DNA of 64,000 nucleotides from Orbicella franksi (Eukaryota): NCBI GenBank assembly GCA_964199315.1, contig OZ116701.1, positions 14,508,001 to 14,572,000 of the forward strand, read 5' to 3'. Shown piece by piece: positions 35,155 to 47,800 of this stretch (position 1 is its first letter; each line of letters starts with the position of its first letter). The notes under the pieces were generated by a model. It saw only the letters and a program-made list of their open reading frames with translations, ran no database searches and was not told where the DNA came from. The position numbers and the translations under genes were made by a program.

Positions 35155-36777
35155 ATGTCAAGCCACTTTGAGGATATAAGCGATGAAGAATTGTTGGAGG
35201 CCATTATTGCTATTGAGAATGGACCAGAAAACAGTTATTTCCAACAGGTAAATTAAATATGTTGTAACAAAAATACATTTCGTGTACTTAATGTGTGATG
35301 AACCGGGTTATTTATTTTATTTTATATTTTCTCTTAGATTCTTGACGACTCTATCGATGATACGATTTTGTCAAATGTCGCCGAGGCTACAGAACGTCAA
35401 CTCACTAATCAAGAACAAATGGGGGGAAGTCTTGCTACCACAGAACCTGGACGCTTCGAATTTGTACTCAACCCGTACGTAGATAGTCACAGCAAAAAAA
35501 ATGGGTCTTTAGAGAGCGTCACTACACCTCCAACATTCGTCAGGTGGGACAATTTATACCTCAACAAAACTTGGCAGCAGCAATTGCTGATGGATTACAT
35601 AGAACAATCCAAAATTTGATTCTCCGAGACAGGATACCAGCCGCTGATCGTGTCTACTTCAATTTAGCCAGCAATCGCTTAGTCAACAGCTATGCTTATC
35701 GAGGGTTACCGGCGGGGGAATGGTTAAATGGTGCGATCGTGTCGACAGTCTGCTGCAGCAAATGTCACAGGTGTTAAACTCAAACGAGAACTTTGAAATG
35801 AATGATTCGTTTCAATTATCTTTTACACACGTTCGTACATCTCCTCGCGGTAGCGGTCAGAAACGAAAATTGAAACCTGGACATTCTAATCCAGAAACTT
35901 TCAAACGTTTGAAAGGTTCTGTCATCAGTATCGATAACAAAGATGAACTATGCTGCGCCTGCGCCATTGTGACAGCTAAAGCTGGAGTGGATGATCACCC
36001 TAAATGGAACAGCTTCAGAAGAGGTTTCTCTATCCAGAGAGATGAAGCAATCAAGCTGCATATAGAAGCTAATGTAGAAATGGGAAAATGCGGTTACGAG
36101 GAACTCACTAGATTTGCATTGACGCCGTCCTTGAACAATTGTCAGCTCTTACTTGTGGACGCTACCCGAGGTTATAGCGTGACTTCTTTTGGAAAGCCTC
36201 AGGAAAAACAATTGGTACTGTTGTATGATAATGAACACTACAATGTGATCACTGCGTTACCTGGGTTCTTTGGTAACAGTTATTTCTGCGCAAGGTGTCT
36301 CAAACCCTACAATAACGAAGGTCAACACGCCTGTGAAAACAACTCTGATCATTGTTCTTCCTGCTTACAAACGGGATGTGAGGACTTTACAGAGGCCAGG
36401 TGTCGTAATCAACCACCAGCTACACCCTGCGGATCCTGTAAGCGGATGTTTTATGGTGATGTTTGTTTTCAAAATCATCTGACGAAATCCTACAAGGGAA
36501 AAACCGCTGACTCCAAAAACATCTGTTTGCAGTCAACGCCGCAAATGTCGTAGCTGTAAAAAGTTGTTGGTGGGTCTCAAGAAGCAACAAGAACATGAAT
36601 GCGGTTACATAGACTGTCCCTCTTACCACGAGTACATAGAGGCCGCAAGCCACCGATGCTTTATTCAGATACCTAAAACACCGGAAGAGCTAACCGAAGA
36701 GAAAAAAGAAAAAAAGAAGAGAAAGAAAAAGAAAAAACGCAAGCGACGAACCGAAGCCGAAGCAGAGGATAATGGTA

Positions 36778-36821
<44 letters not shown>

Positions 36822-39407
36822 AAGCCTCCCATTCTCGTTTTCTTCGATATTGAGGCGATGCAAGACACTGGCAAACACATCCCTAATCTTTTAATAGCGG
36901 AAACGGAGGATGATAATTGTCCACTCCACTTCAAAGGTGAAGATTGCATTCGCGATTTCCTGGAATGGCTGGATACGTTAACTGAAGAAGACACGCGCAA
37001 TGTAACTGTTTTGGCCCATAACTTTTCTGGCTACGACTCCTATTTCGTCGTGGAGGAATATCATCGCCAACACAGGGTCCTCAATCAAATCAGAAATGGA
37101 GCTAAACTTCTCCAATTAACCTTTGACAATATTAACTTTATTGACTCTCTGTCATTTTTTCAAATGCCGCTTTCTGCATTTCCAAAGACATTCGGATTGA
37201 CAGAGTTAAAGAAGGGCTATTTTCCTCACCTGTTTAACACGCCTGAAAATCAAGACTACGTGGGACCAATTCCCGAGAAAGAATTTTACATGCCTGAATC
37301 AATGTCTGTCAACGGCCGTAAAGACTTCGAGAAATGGCATGATAAAGAAAGAGCTGAGAATGTAGTGTTCGATTTCCAGAAAGAATTGCTGGAATATTGC
37401 GAGTCGGACGTGAAATTACTGAAGGAGGGATGCCTTACTTTCAAACGGCTTTTTGAAAAAGAGACAAAGTTTGACCCCTTCAGTCATATTACTATAGCTT
37501 CGGCATGCAATCGAGACCTGCGACAAAACCGAATGGAAGCCAACACAATTGCTTGCGAGCCTCTCCACGGTTGGCGACTAAAAACAAATCAGTCGAAAGT
37601 TGCCATGGAATATCTACTGTGGCAACAAAGTCAGATCAGTGGGAGAATTCAACATGTTGAAAATGATGGGGAATACCGTATCCCCAACAGTCGCTACACC
37701 GTGGACGGCTACGATGCAACTACGAACACCGTCTACGAATTTCAAGGTTGCTTTTGGCATGGCTGTCGTAAATGCTATCCCAACAGATCCGAAAAAACCT
37801 TAGATTAGAGCACCGCTGCACTGCCGACGTGTATCTGCACCCAGGAAAAACTACAATTCTTACGTGACAAAGGTTACAACGTCATCGAAATGTGGGAGTG
37901 TGATTGGCGGAAAATGAAAGAAGAAAGGCGGGACGTCAGGAACTTTGTAGCCAGCCTCGATTTGGTGGAGCCACTAAATCCCCGTGATGCCTTCTGCGGC
38001 GGACGAACAAATGCTGTCAAACTCTATCATCTGGCTGACATCGCCTCAGGAGAGAAGATTCATTACTATGATTTTACATCTCTCTATCCGTTCATTAATA
38101 AGAATGCTGAGTATCCTGTCGGCCACCCTGAAATTATATTTCAGCCGGAAGACACAGACATCCAAAATTACTTCGGGATTGCCAAGGTCACAATCTTACC
38201 TCCAGAAAAACTGTTTCATCCAGTACTTCCGCTGCGTGAAAATGGTAAACTAACATTCCCGCTGTGTAGAGCCTGTGTACAAGAAGAGACGGAAAAACCA
38301 ATGCTACAACGGTCCTGGGTTTGCAGTCACAGCGACAGTGAAAGACAAATTACAGGTACATGGTGTACCCCCGAACTGAACAAAGCCGTTGAGAAGGGCT
38401 ACAAAATAACTTACATTCACGAAGTGTGGCATTTTTCTGAAACGAAGAAAGGTCTCTTTAAAGACTATGTGAATACATGGTTAAAGATTAAAGAGGAGGC
38501 AAGCGGCTGGCCAGCTCATGTAGGCGATTATCCCGTCAAACAACAAGAACATCTGAGATCCTACAAAGCGAAAGAGGGCATCGAACTCAACCGCAACAAC
38601 ATTGAAAAGAATCCCGGCAAACGTAGCCTTGCAAAAATGATGTTAAATTCCATGTGGGGGAAGTTTGGCCAGCGCACCAACAAAACTCAAATCAAAGAGT
38701 TCGGAGATCCTATGAGGTTCAGTGCATTCCATGAAAGTGATGCAAATGACATTTGCTACGTGACTGTATTGTCTGAAGACATCGTTGAAATTCACTATAA
38801 ACTGAAATCGAATGACGAACCTGTCTCACCAAACCTCAACATTTTCATCGCTTGTTTCACGACATGTTGGGCTCGACTTCGTTTGTATGCAGCTCTGGAC
38901 ATGCTACAAGAACGAGTACAGTACACAGACACCGACAGCGTTATTTTTTCCAGTTTACCTCATGAAAACAATCCTCCCCTTGACGACTTTCTCGGTGATT
39001 TCAAGGACGAGTTGGGAGAAGACGACTTCATCACTGAATTTGCGTCCGCGGGACCGAAAAACTATGGTTACCTCACGAAGAAAGAAAAGGAAGAATGCAA
39101 AGTGAGGGGCATCTCTTTAAACAGTGAAGGTAGCAAGCAGTTAAATTATCAAGTGTTGCGGCAAAATGTTTTAGACGAAATTCAACGCCCTCTCGAGAAA
39201 ACGCGACAAACTGATATTTACAAGCCTTATCACATCGTCCGAAACTCCAAAGAGTACTCACTGACCACAGTCTCTCAGACGAAAAAGTACCAGCTTGCGT
39301 ACGAAAAACGAGTGATAGATCCCTACACCTTCAAAACATATCCCTATGGCTATGAAAGAATAACAAATGAGGACCTGGACATGATTGAACTGTTGTGCCA
39401 TTTGTAA
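35155..39407 (+). pseudogene. polB: Mirror copy of pPolB; exon 1 35155-35247, intron 35248-35337, same frameshifts as the left copy
   Basis: MSSHFEDISDEELLEAIIAIENGPENSYFQQ|gtaaat..ctcttag|ILDDSIDDTILSNVAEATE is in frame; OTU-like NKDELCC..EHYNVI; polymerase motifs. Confidence 0.93.
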
Positions 39408-41745
39408 ACACTTTTGTAAATAGTTTCATTCATAAGTTGAGCGCAATCCACTAGGGAGTTGCACACGGCTCTGTCCTGTAATTTTAGGGAAACATTTGAT
39501 ATTAAAGTTAATGGTTAACTTTAAAATTGCGTGATTACTTTGTTTATCTTAGAAACCAGGCTTTTTACTCGGTCAACACGGAAACGAGATTAATGACGTC
39601 AAAGGGGGTGGGGCTTCTAGTTACCATGGATACGTCAAACTCGAGAAAACAATAGAACTCCTTTCCATAACAATACTTTTTCATTTGCATCACACTACCT
39701 GTCAAATTCGTACTGGACTAGCCCATACCACTACTGCTGTTTTCTCAAATACATTTTTTTCGCTACAAGCAGACACCTCAAAGAGTTATAACTCAAAGGA
39801 AATTTGTTCAATTGCCCTCAAATTTGGACAGTAGCCAGTTTAACGTATAAACTACAAACAGATGTCTGCGAATTGTTGATTTCGAAATATTTTTTGTTCG
39901 AGAACGATTTTTGTACGATCACTCCACATTTTCTTAATCCTATTTCGAAAATGTCTTGTAACTTTTTACCGCACCTGAATATGGCAAAGCGTAGACACGT
40001 GTCTTTAGCGTTTTGAGCTCTGAAACCGAGGAAAAAATCAAATTGGCGAAAAACAAAATTCGCTTTGACTTGTAGCTTTCAAAAGGTGATTCGGGCGCTC
40101 GCATTAAGTGGTCGTAAAAAATTCGACAATTCATTTTATTTCAAAATTCTTGGTATAGATCGATAGCCAGCTTTATAAGCTTTAATTTGAGATAGAGGTT
40201 AAGGTATTCACCGCTTAAACTACACTCGCTACATCGCTTGCACGTGAGATAACCCTGAGGGTATACGGTAACCTTAGCTTCGTCAAGAGTGACATTTGTA
40301 TCCGTGTAGAAAATGTTGAAAAAAAATTGTAATAAATAGCATTATTATTATTTTTTTTTGGTAGAAATATAAGTAATGTGAATCATTAAGTCGGTAAGAA
40401 TTATATGAAAGTGTGCACCAGCATTGTGTAACAGCGTGTGGTAACTAGTAAAGAAAAAAAAAAGGAAAAAAAAATATTGTAATAAATAGCTTCTATTTTT
40501 TTTTTGGTAGAAATATAAGTAATTTGAAATTATCAGCGGTTTTTTTTTCTTTTAAGTAAGGTAGAAATCCAAGACGTTATTGTAAAAACTGTAAAAGGGG
40601 TTAATCGTGCCTAAATAATATCATATACATACAATAGGGGGAGGGGAAAAAGTTTTCTGTAATGTAAGTACTGTAACTATAACCAAGTAAGTAGTAGATA
40701 AATGTTGTATTGTAGCATTGTATTGTAAGTATTTTTCCTTGTATGTAGTGTTTTTTTTAATGTTAAGGTTCTTAAAAAAAAAAAAAGAAAATGTTGAAGT
40801 GTCTTCTAACATTAAGTCGTGATAATATTGATATTAACAATAAGCAAGAGAGTTAATTGGCATCATTAATTCGTCAGCTATTTATTCACCTGCCTTAGCT
40901 TCTGAATCACACAGTTGTTATTTACATAAAAATTGACAATCTTCCTTTTTGGTCTGAAATAAATCAATCTGTAAATGAACGCTTACTTTTTATTCTAAAA
41001 CGCATACCACCTGAGCGCTTAACTTAACGTCATCCAAACGAAATCTAAATGACTTGATACAAGTGAACTCGAAATTGACCTTCTAAAGTAACCTCAAAAT
41101 TGACCTCAAAAAGAATACAACTATGCTCACTGGGCAATGTCGGACGTTGACAGACACGAATTTACTTCCGCTTTCTGGATTTCAGCACTTTTGTTGAAAG
41201 GGGGATCTCTTTCACCAAGGGCTTAAAGGACAACCGAAGAATCTTTTGTGGCTGCATCTATCTATGGGGAGTAGGAGCACTTTTTCAGTTGTTAAACCTT
41301 GGCATTCTAAGGGACGAAAAAACCTTACTATATAACAATGAGGTGCACATTACGCTAAGATAACGTCCTCTTTGGCATGTTGGCGTTTCGCATTTTTTCC
41401 TGATTGGGCAATGGTCATCGCGAGTCTTGAAATTTATCCTGGGACGTGGCAGCTAACTGAGTCCCTCTGTGGTGCAAGGGGATGGGGAAGCCCCTTGTGT
41501 TCAATATGTTGAGAATATCTTATGGTCGATGACTAAATTGTAAAGTAATCTACGTTGCACCGAGAGAAGATATTCTCTCTTAGCTGTACATTTTGATCAC
41601 GTTGCTCGGTAATTTCACCATATTCGATTTGCCCCTACAATGGATTTTGATGTTTTTGAATGTCAAATGCGGAGTGCTTACCGCATTCGTAAAATCAATG
41701 CACTTTTTATCTAGGTAAAACAACTGAGATCGCATTCAGAGCACA

Positions 41746-42008
41746 ATGGAATTTCTTCACTCCTTGTTGGTCTTTTTTATGGCTAATCCCTGCTACAGCC
41801 AGTAGTGCAGGTATGCAATCTGGTGGATTTCGTTTGACAGCCGTGGATGGTCTTATTGTTACGCGAAAAAACAGTGCATGAATGGTCTTTGGCTGCCTGG
41901 CTCCGCTAGCCCCTATTGTTATTCCAGGCAGCTAGTACTCAAATTTTCACTTTTAATATTTTCATTGAAATTGTAATTTTTTCTTTAGCAAGAATGAGTA
42001 CAAATAAA

Positions 42009-42039
<31 letters not shown>

Positions 42040-42611
42040 TGACTGATTGATTGATTGATTGATTGATTGATTATAAAGACTCAAAATATGGCATCTATCT
42101 CATAGAGTACGCTAATTGTTGTGATCCTCCTTACAGAATGAAGGACGTGCCAGCAACCTGCAAGAATGCCGATTGGTGGGAAGTTCTTGATGGGTAAGTT
42201 GGCAACATGTTAAGCGATTTTTAGACTCCTCGTTCTTTTGTATAATAAAATATTTTCATCGCACTGAAATATCTTATTCGCATCTTCATCTATTTGTTTC
42301 TTTGACTTTTTTTTTACGGTAGGACTCACAGGTGGGCGACCTGTCCAGACGGATACTTTATGAATGGTCTCTTTAGGACAGACGATAACACTTGGCTGCA
42401 TGACATTGAGGAAGCTCGATGCTCTAAGCCACAAAGGTTGCCAGATAAATATGCGGACTGCTACAAAGAGAATGTTTGGGGTTCATTTGATGACAAAGGA
42501 CTGAGCGTGTGCAAGCGCGAGGGTTACTACATGACAGGAACATATAAAGGAGATTGTGACATGCTGTACTGTCCAGAGGAGTTTATGTGCTGCAAAATGA
42601 TAGGTAATTAA
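41746..42611 (+). pseudogene. Pseudogenised paralog of the small-lobe-like gene
   Basis: MEFLHSLLVFFMANPCYSQ* (premature TAG), retro-insertion in exon 1, same intron position, exon 2 ..MNGLFRTDDNTWLHDIEEARCSKP..CKMIGN*. Confidence 0.85.
41893..42068 (+). mobile_element. 3' fragment of a non-LTR retroelement with (GATT)n tail
   Basis: Absent from copy B; AATAAA followed by a long (GATT)n run that merges with the target GATTA. Confidence 0.65.
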
Positions 42612-44189
42612 GGCAGGATAATATCGTACAGCCAGGCTTCCACTTCTCCTCTTCAACCAAACGGCTCAATCCAATGTCAATCTAACTCCATTTCCTTGAT
42701 GTTAAAATAAATCCATTAGTGCTCAAGAACTGACTCCACCCTGTTCTTTATTTCCTCAGCTTCAATAAATTCCCTCTGGGTCAATGCAAACCCATTGATG
42801 CGCAGCTCAAAATCATTTTCTCTTGTTTCCTAGATCTTGAAGGCAGGCCAAAACGAGCTGATGAAACAAGGAAAGAGTCATTCTTAAAAACAAGGTTAAC
42901 TCTATTATTCTGCTATGTTTCGTCTTTTTTGTGGTTGTTTTGTTTGTTTGTTTTGAAATAGGGAGCATTGTCTCTATAGACGATCTATGACTAATGAGGA
43001 AGAAAATTACGATAAGATTAGCAATCGTCTTGAGGTCGACGCGTCCAATTCCCGTCTGCACAGGTCACATGCATATAGAAGTATAACCGATGGCTTAAAA
43101 TTTGTTTTGCCTGTTAAACTGGATGTACGTTTACAGCAACGTTAACGTAAGCGAAATTGAAATAGGCAAGAAGTAATGAATAATGAAAGAAGAGTCCTTT
43201 TACGCCAAAAGTTTTCGCCACTGAAAGATGACGTCACAAGGACCTAAACGAGAAAGAAGAGTGTGATGCCCCGCTTCAAACTTTGTTGTCTCGATATAAA
43301 CTTTCTGACCAGCGCTTTCAGAAACAAATGGTAAACGCTGAAAGCAATTCAAAACATGAGTAACTTAATGAGCAAGTGACTTCATTAGTGAATAAAATGA
43401 TAACTGAAATAATTGGCGAGCTCAATCCTAGAATAGCGAGTACTACTCATTCAGGTTTCTTCTCCGTCTCTCTCCTGCAGAGTCGCCGTACACTGGGGGC
43501 TAGCTATAGCTACATGTCGGTGTTGGTTTAGATGGACTACGTTCCAGTCGTCTATTGTATGGAAACAGTTTTTGCATAGCATAAACAATAAAAAGCATTT
43601 TCCCCGCAAAATTTATTCTGAGTGTGTTATTTTATGGCCTTAAACTATTCCTACATGGTAAACATGGTACCGTCTTCTCAAACATACTTGTACGATATGA
43701 ATTCAAATAAGAGCGGGAACAAAATGACCAACAACCAGAGACGCAGTCAGTCAACTTGATACCTTTGGGGAGGTTCTATAATAAAGAGTGCATTTTGATA
43801 CGCGACTTCTTCAGCGTTAATAAAGGGTGTCAAAAAAAATTTGAGCAACTGGAGTAAATTAAATTTATTTAGTTCATATTTTCAAACGCATCATAGTTTC
43901 TCTTATTTCGCTCTTCAAGTCATATGAAATCTAGCTCTTAATAGTGGCTCGAGGAGGGAGTCCAGGGGGTTCGCCCCCTACCCCCCAACCACCTACATAC
44001 GCCACCGACTGTGTACATATTATGACCTCATATCTCTCTCTATGATATTGACCAGTTTAAAAAGTTTCGGTGAATTTTGGAATTAGCTTCACAGTTGTAG
44101 TACCTAAATGTATAAATAAATTATGTTGAAACGAGCACTCCCTCTCCCCCTAAGAGTCAAAATCAGTTCCAGTGACGGGAAATTACAAT

Positions 44190-44535
44190 AAAAAAACTTA
44201 AACGTGAATTAAAAGAATAATTAAATACATAAATAAACTAGAAATAGAATTTAAAAAATAAAAATATTAAAAAATTCACACCGCGTGAAGTGGACTGTTC
44301 ATATCGCGTATATTTCATTCAGTTCAAATGGTATATTCAACTCCCGATTTTTATAGTTAGCAGTTCTCTTTTAGGAAAAAAATAAAGAAGAGTCCAGTTT
44401 TGACCATGTCGAGAAAATGTAAGAAATTACACCTTCGGTTTCCTTGGAAAGCCGTGTTGCCTCAAAATAAACTCAAGCTTTGTTTTCCACCAATAAACTG
44501 CCCGTGTAAATTAACCCTTGAAACATTCAACAAGT
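44190..44535. repeat. Tandem duplicate that preserves the empty insertion site of the second Maverick
   Basis: agttcaaatgg-TATATT-caactcccgattt here; the second copy is split as 44575-44733 + 50052-50250. Confidence 0.85.
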
Positions 44536-44875
44536 GCGGAGTGCGGAGTGCAGAGCAAAAATAAGAAAAAAATAGAAATAAAATAACTTAAAGTGAATTA
44601 AAAGAATAATTAAATACATAAATAAACTAGAAATAGAATTTGAGAAATAAAAATAGTAATTATGAAAAAATTCACACCGCTTGAAGTGGACTGTTCATAT
44701 CGCGTATATTTCATTCAGTTCAAATAGTATGTTAGTAGTATACAAAATGGGAGTTCTGGGACATTTTCCAAAAATCACCTCCATCTCTCAGTTTCCACAC
44801 CTTAATCTCTAATAATACCCAATTTCGCAAAGCAATATTACTGGTTGTTGTTCCACTTATTGTTCCACTTGTTTT

Positions 44876-47800
44876 TTAATGAGTCAGTCGGCGTCCATAC
44901 GCCAGACTACTAACTCCATTTGTTAAAATATACCTTTTGTCATCGAATTAGCTCAGACTTATTTTGTTGATTTCATAGCTTCCAAGTTGGTGGCTCTCTG
45001 ATCTGATTGTTTTCATCTTATGTCGCATCTGTTCACTGTTGAATAATGTGTTCTTGTAATCTATATGTCGCAGATCATTCTTAATTACAACTTTGCGGAT
45101 TCCCTTAGCAGTTTTGTTATTGGTTCCATCCTCTTTGGTGTACGAATACATTTTACTTCGTAGACCCACAAACTCTGTTATTATCTTACCAGCAGCCTCA
45201 TCCTTGAATTTACCAATAACTTTCTTATTTGTCTTATCATAGAATTTACTATCTTCTGAACAATCACTGTTGTCAAACTTATCCTTCTCCAACCAGAAGT
45301 CCGCATAAACGTCATCTGTCTGGATTTCATATGTGAGACTGTCAGTATCAGTGAATAACAGTTGTGCTTTTGGTCCATACTTTTGTTTGATGAAATTGTA
45401 ATGGAAATCATACATGACCGTCTTACTAATATCCAATATCGATATTCCTACATATACAGGTTTGCTCAATAATAATGTTGCTTTTTTCATATTAACAGCC
45501 ACCAAATCTTCATTGAAAATCTTGTGACTATTGTATGTCGGTTTTGCTGTCAATTTCTTCGCTTTTGTAATATCAGTTATCAATTTAACATTGATTTTCT
45601 TCCGTAAATTCTCCATTTTTTTCCCCAAAGACTGCATTATTCATGAGTTTGAAGAAGTCTTTTTCAAATGAATTTTTCGCATTAGTCCGTTTCTGTGTAT
45701 TAAAATTAATCTACTCTTTTAACCAATCAGATTGCCTGAATTCTAACACCCGATGGATCTTATTCAGTTTCAATCCTAAAGACAGGTACAATTGAAGATT
45801 GCGATAATGAACCACATATTATTTCTTATCAAATAATGTGGGTATCAATTTATGAACCTGCCCTATTGAGATATTAAACTTATCTTTTATCCGCTCGCAA
45901 TAATCTGGAAGCATATTTTCTGTGACTTTTACCTGTTCAGGAGCAAGAGGAAAATCATTATGCAAATCATGCAATTCATGATGATATACCAGGTCCACTT
46001 CCAGAATAAGACCAGTTTTGCTAACATCTGTGTATTTACTGAGATCTAATTTACTAATTCGTTTGTCTGTCATCCACCTGAACCCACCAGTTGGTAAGTA
46101 CTGTGACATCGCCCAACCGTACAGATTGTTAGCATCCAGATATGTGATGTATTTCGATGGTTTGGTCTTGTCATATGACTTCATGTATTTATTGTTTGCT
46201 TCACTAAATCTGTGAGCAATGTATGAAGTACCATCACGTATTCCTCTCTCAATGAACTGGAACATATTAACATCGAAGAGCAATTCTAATTCCACTTCTG
46301 TCATTTTCAACATAGCATCCCACGCAAGAGCAGGAGAGGTAAAATAGTGGGTTGGATCCAGTTTGTAATACTCCAAAAATGTTTTTCTGAAATTTTCAAA
46401 CACATCAGCTAATAACAGAACATCTGTTTTCAGGTATAAATCATGGTAATTTGTCCATATTTTTCACTTGGAATATGTCCCACACTCTCTGAGCATGTTG
46501 ATATTGAGCGTCTGTGATACACTCATTGTTGAGCTGGCTGTAAAATTGATCCTTATCCGGTAATCGCCTCTGCTTGAATTTAACAAAGCTATCCATGTAA
46601 TCGTATGGGTAAACACCCTTCTTTTTCACCAAGTTGAATTTCTCACCATCATAAATCTCTCTAGTATACATCATATCATCAACCGCCAGATTAGCAGCTA
46701 GCTTATCCAGACTCTGATTCAGAAATTGTAAACTATCGAGGAAAATCAAATGTTTGCCTAAGGTGAAAGCAATGTATTTTTCTGTATTCAACGGTATCAC
46801 ATTGATGCCCATCTTGGTCTTTTTTTCTGGTTTGCGTTCTCAGATTTTCTTGCCAGCATCAGTCATACCTTTAAAAACCCACTTGGCTTTTTTCGTAATT
46901 GGATTTTCCTTGGTAAATTTACCAATCTCCTGCATGATTATATGTCCATTATAACGTCGCAAGTTGTGAAAGAATATTGGTATTTTTAGCTTGTTCCAGC
47001 TGATATTGTGATGAGCTAATTCTTTCTTCAAAATATTCTGGCAGTAATTGGTTTCTGTTTTCAACAGTTCCAAAAACTTACCAATCGCGTTTTCACTACG
47101 ATAAACCCTCACTTGTTTTGTGAATCGGCCGTCAATTTTACACACAAGTTTGTAGCCAAAAGAACAGCATTTATGGCTCTGATATGATTCAGAATAGGAT
47201 CTGGTGTCATGAGGCTTACATAAAGCGACTTTTTCTACCAATGTTTCAAAATTAGCGTATATCACATATGGTACAGGTTCTTGCTTATAATCGTTGGTAA
47301 ATTTGATTTTCGAATCCTCTTTTGGCATTCTTATAGTTTGTTCACCATTTATCACCAGACAATCTTCGGTATGGGATTTGAGGATATCTTCTGATGAAAA
47401 TCACAGAAGACAGTACATACAAAAGTGCTTTCGCTCTTTGTGCTTCGTTTGGTCAAACAATAGTTTGTTGAAATCTTTGATAAGAACATAGTGACTCTTG
47501 GTTCCTTTCGAAATGTATAACAGGTTCATTGTTTTATCAAACCTCTCGTTGGAAATCTGAAGTGGAAACACTTGCTTGCTCTCATGACCAAATATATTAA
47601 TATTAATACTGTTTTGTTTCTCAATTTTGTTCACCTGAGTCAACTTCACTGGAAACTCAATGCCAGAATAATCTACACTATTGATGAGAGATCGGTCTGA
47701 TTTCTTGATTCTCTCTGGATGAATCTCTTGTGGATTCAAATGTCTGATATGACACCATCTGAAGCATTCATTGTCCTTATTCTGCATGTTGATTAATGCT

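Larger units (their letters stand above)
21459..39735. mobile_element. Maverick/Polinton derivative, palindromic (8.2-kb TIRs), non-autonomous
   Basis: Ends AGTAGTGGTATGGG...CCCATACCACTACT; TSD GCTGTT at 21453-21458 and 39736-39741; pPolB in both arms; no integrase/ATPase/protease/capsid ORF recognisable. Confidence 0.93.
31552..39735 (+). repeat. Right arm of the giant inverted repeat (8184 bp)
   Basis: Differs from the left arm by at least 5 substitutions and 3 microsatellite indels (AAG, GAT, TA) seen by eye. Confidence 0.95.
40820..44180 (+). repeat. Segmental duplication copy C, inverted relative to A/B
   Basis: Reverse complement of about 11815-15130; shares with B a ~300-bp segment absent from A. 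Confidence 0.85.

Noticed and set aside
21459-39735. Palindrome as a fold-back read or assembly chimera
   Set aside because: Disfavoured: the flanks are different and joined by a perfect 6-bp TSD, there is a unique 1.9-kb spacer, and the arms differ at several sites. Read-level confirmation is still needed.
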